Shown here one piece after another: positions 19,978 to 33,400 of a DNA stretch of 64,000 bases (the first letter of the stretch is position 1; every line of letters begins with the position of its first letter). Origin of the DNA: Botryllus schlosseri (Eukaryota); NCBI GenBank assembly GCA_051294905.1, contig CM119381.1:20026001-20090000 (forward strand). The letters run 5' to 3'. A program made the translations under genes and the position numbers. The notes below the pieces were generated by a model. The model did not search any database. It worked only from the letters and a program-made list of their open reading frames with translations, and was not told where the DNA came from.

Positions 19978-22900
19978 GTCTAGATACTCTAGTCTAGATC
20001 TAGAACTAGTTGAATCATTGAGATTGAAAGTCGATGTTTCTGGTATGTCGTCTCAATCGGTTCGATTATTAATTTCATCGCAATTACAGGTATTTGATTT
20101 TGAATCTATGAATGAGCCGAGTTGAAGCAAAGTGAACGTATTCATATATGCACTCAAATACCATATTTGCTTCAATTCAGATATCTGTTTTGATCGGATC
20201 CATATATATCAGGGGTGACCAACCTTTTCGGCCAAAGGACCACATGTGATTTACGAACCATTGCGCTGGGCCACTTGAATGTTGATGACCTTTTTTATGT
20301 CGTCTGATAGGAGCGAACCGAATTATGTAACGCGGAAAACAAGATGTATCCCACTACGCTTTGAAAATGACAACAATTATGTCATAAAAACTCTGTTTGC
20401 AACTGTGTAGTGTACAACTGTGGATCCATGTCCCGGTCGCGCGAGGCGCGAATTTCTCTTTAATGGTAATGAATGAATTCGATCAATGAGTATGTTACTT
20501 GCATATATTGGGGGTAGCCTTTGTATACCACTGGGCTGATTTGGCAAGGACAGGATTAGTCGGCGCTTATCGAAGGTTTCGGTGAACATTCCTATCATTT
20601 TGTGCAAGTGTTTCATCGCCGACGATATCGGTGCAAGTGCACAAGCGAAGTCGCATGTGGGACGACACGTTGTCTCTCAATTGGGAATATAGTTTGACTC
20701 AATTCTGTAAATTACGTGGAGGGTGCTCCAATACTAAATGCAAGAAATCGAGTGACAATAAATCATGCGAACTGCTAAGAAAAATTTCAATTAAAATAAA
20801 TCTCCTGCCAAATATTATACTTTATGGTCCTGTACGAAGACCTGCGATGAATGTGGCTGGCCCCTGGTTACGACAAAGAGTCGGAACTGCTGTTTTAGTC
20901 ATCATAAAATTTCGCGATCTGGCTAATCAAAGTTTGGCTGTGGAAAATCAGGGTTAATAGATTCATGATCGGGGATGCAGATTCCCTTGAAATATGATTC
21001 CTAAATATATATAAAACCTAGAAGATTAACTGGTTGAGTTGGCGACCTATTTCTTATCACATTATATAGCCATCTTCACACGCTGGTTATATCTTAGCTC
21101 CTCGACATATGATCCGCGTAAGCGGTGTCTTACAAAAGTCTAGAAGTGCTACAGGTCGGCAGATATATGGAATGATAATGTAGGATATCGGCCTATGGCG
21201 TAAATGACCATTGCAGTCGAAAAACATCATATAAATGCCACAAATAACAACAGCAGCGCATGCTATTTAAGTATAGCTATTATATACCACAATTATCTAT
21301 CAGGTATGGATGGAAAATACATAGCAGCCACGTCAGTAAGGGGATGCATTTGCTCCGTATTACGTAACCCTACTAGGCATCGCAACTCCAGGATTCATAC
21401 AAAACTGAAATCGATAACGCGTTTCACCGTGCTGCGATTGTCTGATTGCTAGAGAATAGTGAGTGGGGCAGATTCATCTGTGCCTCACCTGGCAATTGTT
21501 TCTCTGAGCTGTCATGGTACGTAATGAAGCCGAATTTCAGACTCCTTGGCGATTTTGAGGGGGTTCCAGTGGTCTGAGACTGTCAATATTCGGATTTCCG
21601 GAATATGTGCGACAATACTAATTGATTGACACCGGTCATCATGAATTCTGAGCTGTTTATGATAAATTGCATTGTCTCAGGTGAGGCACGACCCGCCTGT
21701 GCCTCACCTCTCCTTTCGCGCTGTATTTTTGAAACAATGAAAATTGGTGATGCTGGATTAAAAAATGTTCAAATTTAGTTATTCATGAACATAAGCGGTA
21801 AATATCAATATTTATCATTGAAGATTTTCAGTTTTCGTTTACTCATCCTGGCGACAGGTGACGGGGCACTGCGCCTCACTTGCCCCCCCCCCCCCCACGA
21901 TCGCACGACATCACTGGATGTAATGATGCATTTGTGCGCTCGTATGGTGTCTATAACTAATTCTTTTGACAAACTATGGCAAGTACAACAATGATTTCAT
22001 CCAAATATTTTAAAATGTGATTTTTCCATGCCAGGCACGAATTCACAATAATAAATCACATTCTCACCATGTGTGTAAAATGTCAGTCTGCAAGGTCCTG
22101 TCAAATAAGGCCTACTTGGAAATACATTTAATATACCCCTATTATTGGTGCTGCGGCCCGCGGCGCCATAAAAAAAACAGGAAATTGGTCCGCGAGCACA
22201 TTTGAGTTTTAGACCCCTGATCTCTAGAACAGATGCAATATGACCTACCCATCCTCTTCGGTCCGCCGACTTCGCTACCTGTTGGCGACTCCGTACAAGT
22301 TATCCCGAAAACAAAAGCATTTATAGTTATCGACGTAATTGACTAAACGTTTCTGCACCCTTTGGCTGTTGACGGCTTAAAAAGAGATAATAATACACAA
22401 AGTCGCTCAGAAACAACTCGAATGTTTTCGATCAGCGCGACCATTGCCACCGAGATCATGGCACGCGACAGACATCTTCTACACAAAACAATGATGGATG
22501 TTGGTCCACATCGTGAGTTCGTGGAAGCGTAGGGGCGACGAACAATCCTCAATCATACGGCAATAGCTAGTTTTGAGGACTTCCAATTAACGGATTAAGT
22601 TGTCTGCGACTACCGGCCGATATGTACCGCCTTTCATATATATCAGGTTTATCGCTGGATTAGCAAAGTAAAGGTTTTCTGAGAAGCAAAGACCATATAC
22701 TCGGGGAATTTGGCGAGTGATAGCACGAGCCGGCTCGCGCGTATTATTTCGTTTAGAAATCCAAGACCCAACAAGGATGAGGGTGCTGTAAGTTATTTTC
22801 ATGTCGGATGAAATATCTGTCGGGCCAAATCCCTGAGGGAAAGATTTTTTAAACAATGAAGTGACGTCACGGATGCGTTGTGACGCAGTGAACACGAATG

Positions 22901-24437
22901 ACGTCACGATATCCGAGTCGAAGCTGAAAGATCTGCGTGGAACATTGGTTGTGTGGTGCCCACTGATACTGTGACAGTGGCAGTGCGTTGTATCTTAAAA
23001 TTTATCACCTTTTTAGGAGCGACGGCTTAACTTGTTTGATCGTTTCGAGTCGCTATAAAAACACTATAAGCGAGAAAGGAAAATTGCAACTTCAAACGGA
23101 ATTTTATGCGTGCAGAGCATGCAATAAAGACAGGCATATATCACACTTCCACGGGTTATATTTGTCACGTGATTGACGGTTGTTATTTCTAATTTATACC
23201 GCTTCAACTGCTCGCTGTCGTTCCGCGCTTGATTCATCTCATACGTTCGCATCACTGATACGATCCCCATTTCTTCGGACTGAGTAGGCCTATACAGGCT
23301 GCCCGGGATCTTGTATAACCGCGAATTTTTTTGCCGGACTCGTGTCAACTCTACCAAGCTACACTCAAGTTCGCTATCCTTCCGATAATGAGTAGCCTAT
23401 GGCCCCAATATTACATTTGTTTATATTGACGCCACCAGACAATGTGAACGATACAATAGCTTCTCTTCAAGAGTTCGTTTAGTTTTAGATAGAGATGCGT
23501 TTTCTCGTGAGACTTATTTATTAATACAAATCAACGAAGTATCCACCACAGGAACAAAATAATACAGCAGATCGATATAATATGACACATTTCAACTAGT
23601 GCAAGATAGGGTACGATAACAGCATCGACTGATCATCAGTGATCGCTGATCTGACCTATGGCGACGAATTGTTATAGAGCACATGATGCAAATGGTTCGT
23701 ATTAGTAGGCTAGGCAGCATCATTTCCACGATTTGTATAATTTTGTTTTGTATATACATTATACACGCATCATACAATATGTTTCAACGCCACTTTCCGC
23801 ATAATACCACATGCGACGCGATTGCATAAACATTGATGATATCATCACGTAAAATGTCTGATAATCACAAAACCTTCACCTTAAATTCTCAAGGAAATCA
23901 CAATGAGGTCAACATTTTGACTGAAAATCCAAGAATTGCCCAGGAATGTGGCGAAGTTTATGACGCCCATTCGCAATATGCTTAATGCTCACGGCACTCA
24001 AACGTTGTGCCATTTATTCTTCAACTTATAGAATTATTCTAGAACTTATAGAATTTAGCCTATTACCTTCAACCTTACTCCCCTACGGGGATGATGAATG
24101 AAAAAATGGAAACGTTAGCAGTTTCGCGGAAAACTAAATGGTCGTTTGTGTGTTTATAGCTGTGAGGGAGAGGGGAGACAGCTCGCGTGTCGTGTAAGTA
24201 GTGATAATTTGAATATGAATACTATAATGGTGTAGTTATTAGTCGCCGTAAGAGGATGGCACAGGTTGAACGTGGCTGGCAGCTGAATTTACTAGTTGTA
24301 CACGATAAAGAGCAATATAGCGCCGTAGGTCTCTCACGCATTCTTTTGTAATTTTTCCACGCCAGATTCAGTTATCTCGCGCCGTCTTCGTAGCCTTTAC
24401 AGTGGTCACAGCGGAGTAGTTGCATCTTCGGTGGTAC

Positions 24438-27400
24438 ATGATGGGGATTCTACGCGTGTTAGTAATTGTTACCGCAATCAGCAGAGGTTCGTAAAAAGAT
24501 AGGGGAAATTACCAATATATCGATTGCTATTTGGGTTGTTTTCAGGGATGTGTACGCTTGGTGAAGGGGAAGTATTCCCCGTGAGGCAAACAATCAGCCC
24601 CATCCATTCAACTAATGACAAATGCAACCCGCGAAATCAGCGAACGGTGGTCTGTGGATGGACGGATATAGGGAGTCAGGAATGCACAAGAATAGGTATC
24701 ACTGTGGGCGGAGTGTACGTTCAATACTGATTTGGTATTCCGCAATTTATTTAAACGTGGCTGATCGTGATTCCGGTAGGCTATCAGATCTGAAATTCTA
24801 TATCCACTATCCACTTATCCAGGTGTGTTAGCTAATTAGATTTACAAATCAAGTAAGCTTTGGACCATACGCGGCCCCGGTATTAATCTAAATTACCATT
24901 AATTTATGACTTATCAATCAGAACGCTAAGTTGAGTTATTATTATCTGAACTGGAATGGTGTATTGCCCGAAGGCATTCTATCAGGCAAAAGTTAAGGTC
25001 ACATAATTTGCTAGCGCTAATTCACACAATCGTATAACGGTACTTAGGGTTATATTTAAAATGAAAATACATTCAGAACATATGTTTAAAACACCGCCTA
25101 GGTTTAAAACGAGCTAAATTGACGGATGTGATTAGAGACGCATCTAATGACGAACTCGGTTTGTAGTTTTGTATTCTCTACGTCAACTCAAAACACATTA
25201 ATGTCGTCACGTCATTGTTGAAAAATATTTTACGCAGTGCTTGTTGATTTACTGATACAATCTGCTCGATGGACCTGCTGATATGCAGTATGCATCAGGG
25301 TGTCATATCGCTATAGCACTATTTTAGTGCAAATAGATCTTACGGTGATCTTTCGAAAATTGTTATTCCATTGACATATAATTATACTGGTTTCTAAAAA
25401 CATTAAGTGTTTTATAAAAGACCTTTGTTTAACAAATTGTTTAAAACAGTGGTTCTCAACCGCCGGTCCGCGACGCGACGACTTTTCTGCCGGTATTTTA
25501 AAATTTTATACTTTAATTTCAAGATGTAAAATGTTGAAGGCTTGTCGACTGAATAAATAAAGAAAACATCATATTTAGGCATATTCCGAAATTTGTGAGG
25601 TAATATTAGGCCTGGAAGCATGTTCGATTTAACTCTGACCTGGGAAAAGTGCGGCCCGCGACGCGAATCTGACTGGACCACGAAAATTAGCCTGGAATTT
25701 TGAACATAAAACCTAGTTTTAAATAATAATGTGTGAACTAAAACCAACGGCTGCATAAACTGAACCAGAAATGCGTTTACGTTTAAGCCTGCTTGTTCAT
25801 ATGTGTACACTGTTGTACAGCGATTACGCAGCTTACGTCTAGGTCGTATAATCTGGATTCAAAATATACTGCAAATATAACAAAGTATATCGTAACAATT
25901 GAAGTCAAACGGTTTTCAGATAGTTCAAAACTTTTTTGTTACCATTGTTACATAACGAATTGCCTGGTCTGTGATTTAAACTGTCATTGTCATGCGTTTC
26001 CAAGCCATAATTCGTAAACAAGTCAATCAGTGCACGTGAGCAGCGGTCACCCAAAACCATGAACACTGAACAGACATGGTCCAAAATAGAGGTGAAGGCT
26101 GAAGGCAGGCATTTAAAGAAGATTTGAAGCACTAAATATTTGTTGACTTGAGTGAGAGGGAAACCCGTCACTTTCATTGTGGTGAGCAGAAGGCGGTGTT
26201 TCGAGATTTCAGGGCATTTGCCAGCGAAACTCTTAAAATAACGAAGCTAAATGCCACGCTACACACAGCTCGTGACCGAGACCAGCATTGTAATATCCTA
26301 AATACATTTTGACGTCTCCATAGAAAAAAGGGAATGCGGAAATGTGATCTAAGTGAATGTCTCGTGTTTAGCCTTGTTTTGAATATTGTCATTGAATGAA
26401 TCAATACAATTTTTTGTAAATTAACCCTCACTTTCTTATAGCCTAAATTTAACACATCAACTTAGCTAGCAGCTTGTGTTATCAATGCAATTCACTGTTT
26501 TTTATTTAGAAATAAAATACGCCACGGAATGTAGTTTGAACTTTTGGTCCGGCCCGCAAACCTATATTTGCTGCTCATTTCGCACGCCTAGAAAATAATT
26601 GCCCACCCCTGATCAACCTAAAGTTCAAGCTGTCTCCGGTGACGACATGCGAGCGACTACTACGAGCTGACTCGCTAAACCACGCAGTTTGCATGTTCAT
26701 TCGTATTCGATTCATTCATTTTGTGGATGACCCCGCATCGCTGTTGTCGGGAGTTTTCGTACAGCGTATTGCATTCATAGCTGTGGGGAAAAAGCGAGGT
26801 AGCACGACAAGGTGCTTGGTCCGACTCCTAACGCTTCTTCTGTAGATATCGTGCAAAAGAAGAAAATTATTCGAGTTGGCGTAGTGCCGCAGTCGGGTAA
26901 CCCATGGCCTGCGGCGCGAAAGACTGTAATCGACTCTCGGCCCTATAGCACGTTTATCTGGGCAAAATAATTTTACCTCGACTCAGCTGACTAACTGCCG
27001 TAAAATAACATGAATACGATCGTGAACATATTTAATTACGAACAAAACTCTCAAAACGTCACTCTCTAGTACCATAACGTGGAAAAACGGTTTTAACTTG
27101 ACATTTTGGGTCGATTTCAATTTTTGATGTTTCACCGGTCCGCCAAATATTTTTTGAAATTTTACCGGCCTGCGAGGTGAAAAGGTTGAGATCCACTGGT
27201 TTAAAACATTATAAACAGGCGTGTTAAAAACGGGATTTGTTTAAATTCAAATGTATTTATGGTCACAAGATATAAATTTCAACCCTGCAATCGTACGTTT
27301 TTGCACGGACTGTATAGGATGTTGCTGGAACAGATTGCGCATGAACACCCCGTGCTTCCGCTACATTGGTACAATCCTGCCACCGGGTGCCCGTTACGTA

Positions 27401-30400
27401 GCCCCAAGACCGACGAACGTCACTTCGGCGCAGCAACGTGGAGCAGTCAATCAGGGTTCGGAATATTCTTCGGTCAACGACCGATGGCTGTTTCACCAAC
27501 GTATTGATGTTTTACAGCACCGCAAATCCCTGTCTCGAGACCTGTTGTGGATCTTTCGCAGCTACATACGAATCGAGAAGTGAGGTTGTCCACCGTTTCG
27601 TCGGACGTTAGTGAGTATAGCGCATCAGAGACCTCGTAACGTAGCAGTTGCGTCAGAAACTCTTTTCTCTAACAATTCTCTTACCAGTTATGCTATTGTC
27701 TATTGTGGATACTTTCTTCGATACTCGCCTTAGCTCTGCCTGCAGATATTCATTTATTCAAGTATCATGCATTATAACGTCACAGCGGTACGAATAATGT
27801 GGAAAGTTCGAATACAGTAGGTTTTATGTAAGGTTGCTTTTACCAAAACATAAGTTGGTTGATCGAAACTGAAAACAGCCGGTTTTACAGTATTTACTGG
27901 AATTTTGTTCAGTTGACTACAAAAAAGGTCATCACATCACTTTCATTCGACTCCCGAATGACCCAATCGAACGTACGTCCGTATTACCTACTTCACGTCA
28001 TTTATGCAGATTTTCAGTCCACTCTACCCATTATCTAAGCTGTAAAAGCTGTAAAGTAGGACGAATTGCCAAAAAGGAGGGCATTTAGGTTTTCAATTTT
28101 CTCAAAAAGGAGGACAGATCATCCTAAAGGAGGGCGTATGGTAACCCTAGTTTTATGCGACCAGTGAGCAGTGACCACAAAGAATATAACGCGAGTTCTT
28201 CATCACATTTATGATTATTTGGTATTGTTTCGGCCATAACTACTTCATTGCACGTGACAAGCAGACTTGGACAACTAGATAATTCTAGTTGTCTAATTTC
28301 ACTAAATTAGAGCGAAATGTCAGTAATCTAATTTTAATCTAATTTGTGAAATGCTTCCATGCTCTAATTCTAATTCTAATCTAATTTGTGAAATGTTCGT
28401 ATGCTCTAATTCTAATTCTAATCTAATTTGTGAAATGTCCGTATTCTCTAATTCTAGTTCTAATCTAATTATTGTTTTCCTGAAAATGCCTCTTTGTCCG
28501 AGGCATATTGCACTATTGCAGTGAGCTAAAAAGAATAGCCCGCTTGCGCAGGGAAATCCAGTGCCAAGCCGCCATCGCATTACTTACACCGTGCAGTCAT
28601 AGTATAGATATTATGACGAATATAGCCTGCTAGAGTAGCTTGTAGTCTGCGAACAGCATTCTAGTTTCTAAAACTTTACGTTAGTACATTGCCATTCTGA
28701 CTAACATGGGCGATGCCAATGGATACCATAAAAGAAGTAATATTTTATTAAAGTATAGTAAAAATCGAGCCAAGCGTGGTGTACAGAAGTTAACCATTCT
28801 CATGTTAATGGGAATGCACTATTGTGTTGTTTATTAAACAAAAATATGTGGCGCCTATCGCCTCACGGCGTTTTGCACCACGCACAGTGATTTGATGTGA
28901 ACTGCATTTTGCTGTAGCCTATTCATTTCCCATATACAATTTCATTCCATTTCCAAGTTTTTGCGAACTAAGTATAGCTCTAATTCTAATTCTAATCTAA
29001 TCTGGAAAAGGCTTAGTAGCTATAATTCTAATTCTAATTCTAATCTAATCTGGAAAAGGCTTAGTAGCTCTAATTCTAATTCTAATCTCATTTGAAAAAA
29101 GCTGTGGAGCTCTAATTCTAATTCTAATCTAATTTGGAAAAACTGCGCAGCTCTAATTCTAATTCTAATCTAGTTTGAAAAAAACTGTGGAGCTTTAATT
29201 CTAATTCTAATCTAATTCAGAAAAGCTGAAAATTTTCTAGTTGTCCAAGTCTGGTGACAAGGCCGTGGCAATTTCCAATCTTATTCTACCGTAGTTGTCT
29301 AGTTGATATGCTGTGCAATTATTATATAGGTTACAACGGGTGTTTGCTTCATTGCACTTCGCTACCGACGGAAAAGCGACGAACTTGCCTGTTCAACGTC
29401 GCGAAAGACGTGTGCACTAATATAGGCTGCTGTTATGACGAAAAGACAAATCACTGCTTCCACTCCAACTGTAAGTCGAGCCGGTTCTGACTTTTCGAGT
29501 TTGTATCATACTGTGTTTATTCTATATTCACTTTTTTTGCTATACAAGGGATAAAAGATGACTGCCCGAAATCTGACGAATGCCAAGTTACGTTGAGTCC
29601 AGTGCCCGTTTGCGGCAACGGAAATTACCCGAAACGTATGTGCGAAGCGATTGGATGCTGTCATAATAACATATCCGGCGTGCCGACATGCTATAGGCAG
29701 TTAGGTATACTGTACATCATTTTTGATTCAGATTTAGACCCAGGGCGAACGTTTTGACGATGCGCTCCAATTTTCAGCGGTTGGTAGACAGGAAACTCCG
29801 TCGACGACGGCGCCACCAGCACCAGCGACCACAACACTGGATTTTGCCGCACAGTTGGCAGAACTGCAAAACCTGTTCGAGACAGGACAGTTGTCATCAC
29901 TGCTACCTCCAAATTTGTTGCCTAATGCTTCAGTGCCGTAAGTGAATTTCTACCGGTAGCCGTAGATCGCAGTAGAGTATTAGGGAGAAATTGTTACCCG
30001 ATTTAGTGAAAATCCCCAAGAAACAACCAACGTTTGTTCTGACACCTAAACACCTAACTGAATAATGAATATACATTTTTACGTACGTTTGTTAATTGTA
30101 ATGATGTTATAGTAACAAACAAGGCAATTATGATGGCAGTCAAAGGCATGTCGAAGCTATTTTATCTTTGATATCGCTGGTGATGGCACAATAACGATAT
30201 CTAAAAAACAAACGGAGACGAAATCCAATGAATATAGGATTGGTATTGTTCAAGGGTTTTTGTGAAATAGAATATTCGATGACTTGAAAATGACTCGAAA
30301 ATTTGTATTCGATATTTGCCATATACGTCGAGTCCGAGTCAAGTCGAGTCAAGTCGAGTCATTTTAGATCAGTGACTCGAGTCGAGTCAGTTCATTTAAA

Positions 30401-33400
30401 AAATATGAATCGAGTCCTCCCAACAGTGGGTCGCAGTATCAGTTTATTAATATGGACCGATTGTAAAAACACTAGGATGAGCCGTACCGATCCGGCAGCA
30501 GATCTCCATGCTGTGTTTTGGAAAGTTGCCCGAACTGTCGTTCGTAATAATATCATGACATCAATGTAATGTATTATTGTCAATCATGAGTGACCTTGAA
30601 ATAATAGAGTCTATAAGGGATATAAGTTTTACATATTTGAATATATGGAAGATATATATCACAGACCGCCGGTGAACCCAGCACCAACTGCTGCAACGAC
30701 ACCATTGCCTCCGACCAGACCGCCAGGGTCCGGCACGACCGATACTCTGGACCAATTGAAAGAAATTCAGTCACTACTTGAAGCTGGTTTGCTACCAACA
30801 CTCCTACCAACAACTGATAAGCCAGCTGTAACGAAGTAAATATATCATTCTGCTTTTTTAAAGAACGTAATGCATGCAAAGAATTGGTAGGGTACTGCTA
30901 GGTATTCGGCACGTGACGATTTGATTTCTGCGAAAAGTACGGTACGAAATCGCAGTAAGATATTTTTCGCCAAGTATTGCGATATTTCTATCATACTGTA
31001 GCACAGCGGTTCTCAACCGGGGGTCCGCGAAACATTTTCAGGGGGTCCGCGAAGCCTAAAAATATTTGATGACCTAGTTTGTATTTTTTTAATGCGCAAA
31101 ATAGCGAGGCAGTTTCGCTTCATTACTAGTAAAACTCTAGAGCTCACATCAACAGAATGGCCGTTTGAGATGAAATATCCTAATGTGCAGATTCGTTTAA
31201 ATTGCTAAATTGCCCAATAATACAAACATTTTGCTATTTGGAGTTTTTTTGTTGGGGATTGTGGGAAAGAAAAGTTGGATGGGTAGGGTCAATCACGGTG
31301 ACTTCGAAATGTTTACAAAAATCCTTTTTCTCCTATGATACATAACCATTTTTTTCATTATAACTTAACATTATAACATAACAATTTCTACATGAATAGT
31401 ATGATCTTATTTTCAAGAAAAGTCATTGTGTTGACACTATAAAAGGCTAAAGTTTTTATTTGCACAAGACAGATGACGATTGCACGATAATTGAGCTAAA
31501 TTCGAACTAAAACTTTGTGGGGTCCGCGGGAGTCGGTGACGGTCCGAAAGGGGTCCGCGAAGACAAAAAGCCCGAGAACCACTGCTGTAGCATTGCGTAC
31601 TTCTTACTGGGGATTTCGAAATGTCGATCAGTAATATGACTCGGAGACAGATGTGTCGCATGACGTAACAATGTCGTCTGCTGCGTTGCGAATTGCTACA
31701 GCATAGTGTCCGATATGGTGTCGACACAGGCAAATCTCACGCATCAATGAAATTGTATCACGTCACAATTTCCATTTGACTACATGCAATTTGACGGTCA
31801 TTTTTGACCGGCTTGCCGAGCATTAAATTTTGTAAAACGGGAATCAATCGAAAGCTTATTCTGCACCGATTACGAAAATATAAATTTTATTCCTCTCGTG
31901 GCCCTGGAACTCCCACAATCAGCCTCGAATTTTTCAGTGTTATGGAGATTGGCATTGAGACGCAACAATGCTGTCTGGCGAAACGTGAGAGTAGCTCTAG
32001 AGAAAAAGAGCTAGACAGCATTGTTGTGTCCCAATGCCAATTTCCGTAACAATGAAAAATTCGAGACTGATTGTGGGAGTTCCGGGGCCACGAGAGGAAT
32101 AAAATTTATATTTTCGTAATCAGTGCAGAATCTGCTTTCGATTGATACCCGTTTTACCAAATTCAATGCTCGGCAAGCCGGTCAAAAATGACCGTCAAAT
32201 TGCCTGTAGCCAAATGGAAATTGTGACGTGATACAATTTGACTGAGGCGTGAGATTTGCCTGTGTCGACACCATATAGGACACTATGGCTATAGATTACT
32301 AACACGCATTACGCAGGTGAGAAATCTGTAGAATTGCTGAGCTCCACCCGGGGCCTGACGCACCGGACCAGACCGATAACCGCGCTAAGGACATCTTCGT
32401 TCGAAGTTTGATCAAGCCCTCTGTATCGTATATTCGACTTGCGTATATGAGTTTAAATTGAACGGTTGATTTAACCGTGTTTCCATGTTCATTTCCGCAA
32501 AAGAATAATAATATGGAACTATGAAATTTCCTTACTAAAAGAAATCGGGATATGGATGGCATTAATGAGGATACAGTTCACCCTGTGCTTCTAGAATGAA
32601 GCAGTGATCTCCTATACGAGATTAGTGCTATTTGCTTATACCATAAATTCATAGGCGTAGCCGTGAAAAAATATGTTTGTTGTTGAGGGGTTTTGGTCTT
32701 GGAACTTTATTAATAACGTGACGCCATGAATATACGATGCGACATGCTGAAAACGTAATGCATTGGACACGTAAATATACATTCTTTATTTTATGCCACC
32801 CTGCTACAACACAATGGACAATGTGCTAGGTCAGCCCAAATGTAATGCATTGCGTGGTACGTTCGAAAAGATTTCGCCATATACGAATTATGATCAATGT
32901 CCTTCAGTTCAACATGACACCCTCGGTCTCTTCTCAGACCCGCTGTTACGACACAAGCCACAACAACAACGCCCCCCAAAACAGCGGCAGGGGTACAAAG
33001 ATGGCAGCCCCAAACGCAATACGAATGGCGATGTGACGGGACTGGACCATGTAAGTACATTTGTAGAATCATCTCCGATAGTATGCATCCCAAATTTCGA
33101 CTTACGCAACGATAGTACTAATAGTATAATAATACTATCGCAGTTCGTTCCCGAAGTCACAAAATGAAGCGAGTGAAAAAATGACTTTCAAGCTACTGAC
33201 TCTAGCTTCCGTATGACCGTATCTCTGCAGCACATCTATACCAGCAAAAAGTAATATCAGCTCGACAGCTCCAATGATAAGAAACTGAATCGAATGTATT
33301 GTTGTATTCCAGACAAGTAACGCACTCTAATCTGACCGTCGTAAGACATATTTGTCAATTCTGATAATACTCTACTAGTTGCTGACGATTACCCCTGACG

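Noticed and set aside
20210-22219. CAGGGGTGACCAAC and AGACCCCTG as one element
   Set aside because: The flanks (ATATATAT vs ATCTCTAG) do not match and the ends belong to different families; they are unpaired fragments.
28320-29220. Repeat-spacer pattern resembling a CRISPR array
   Set aside because: The spacers are ~18 bp and similar to each other, the arrays lie inside a TIR/TSD-bounded transposon in a eukaryotic intron, and there are no cas genes.
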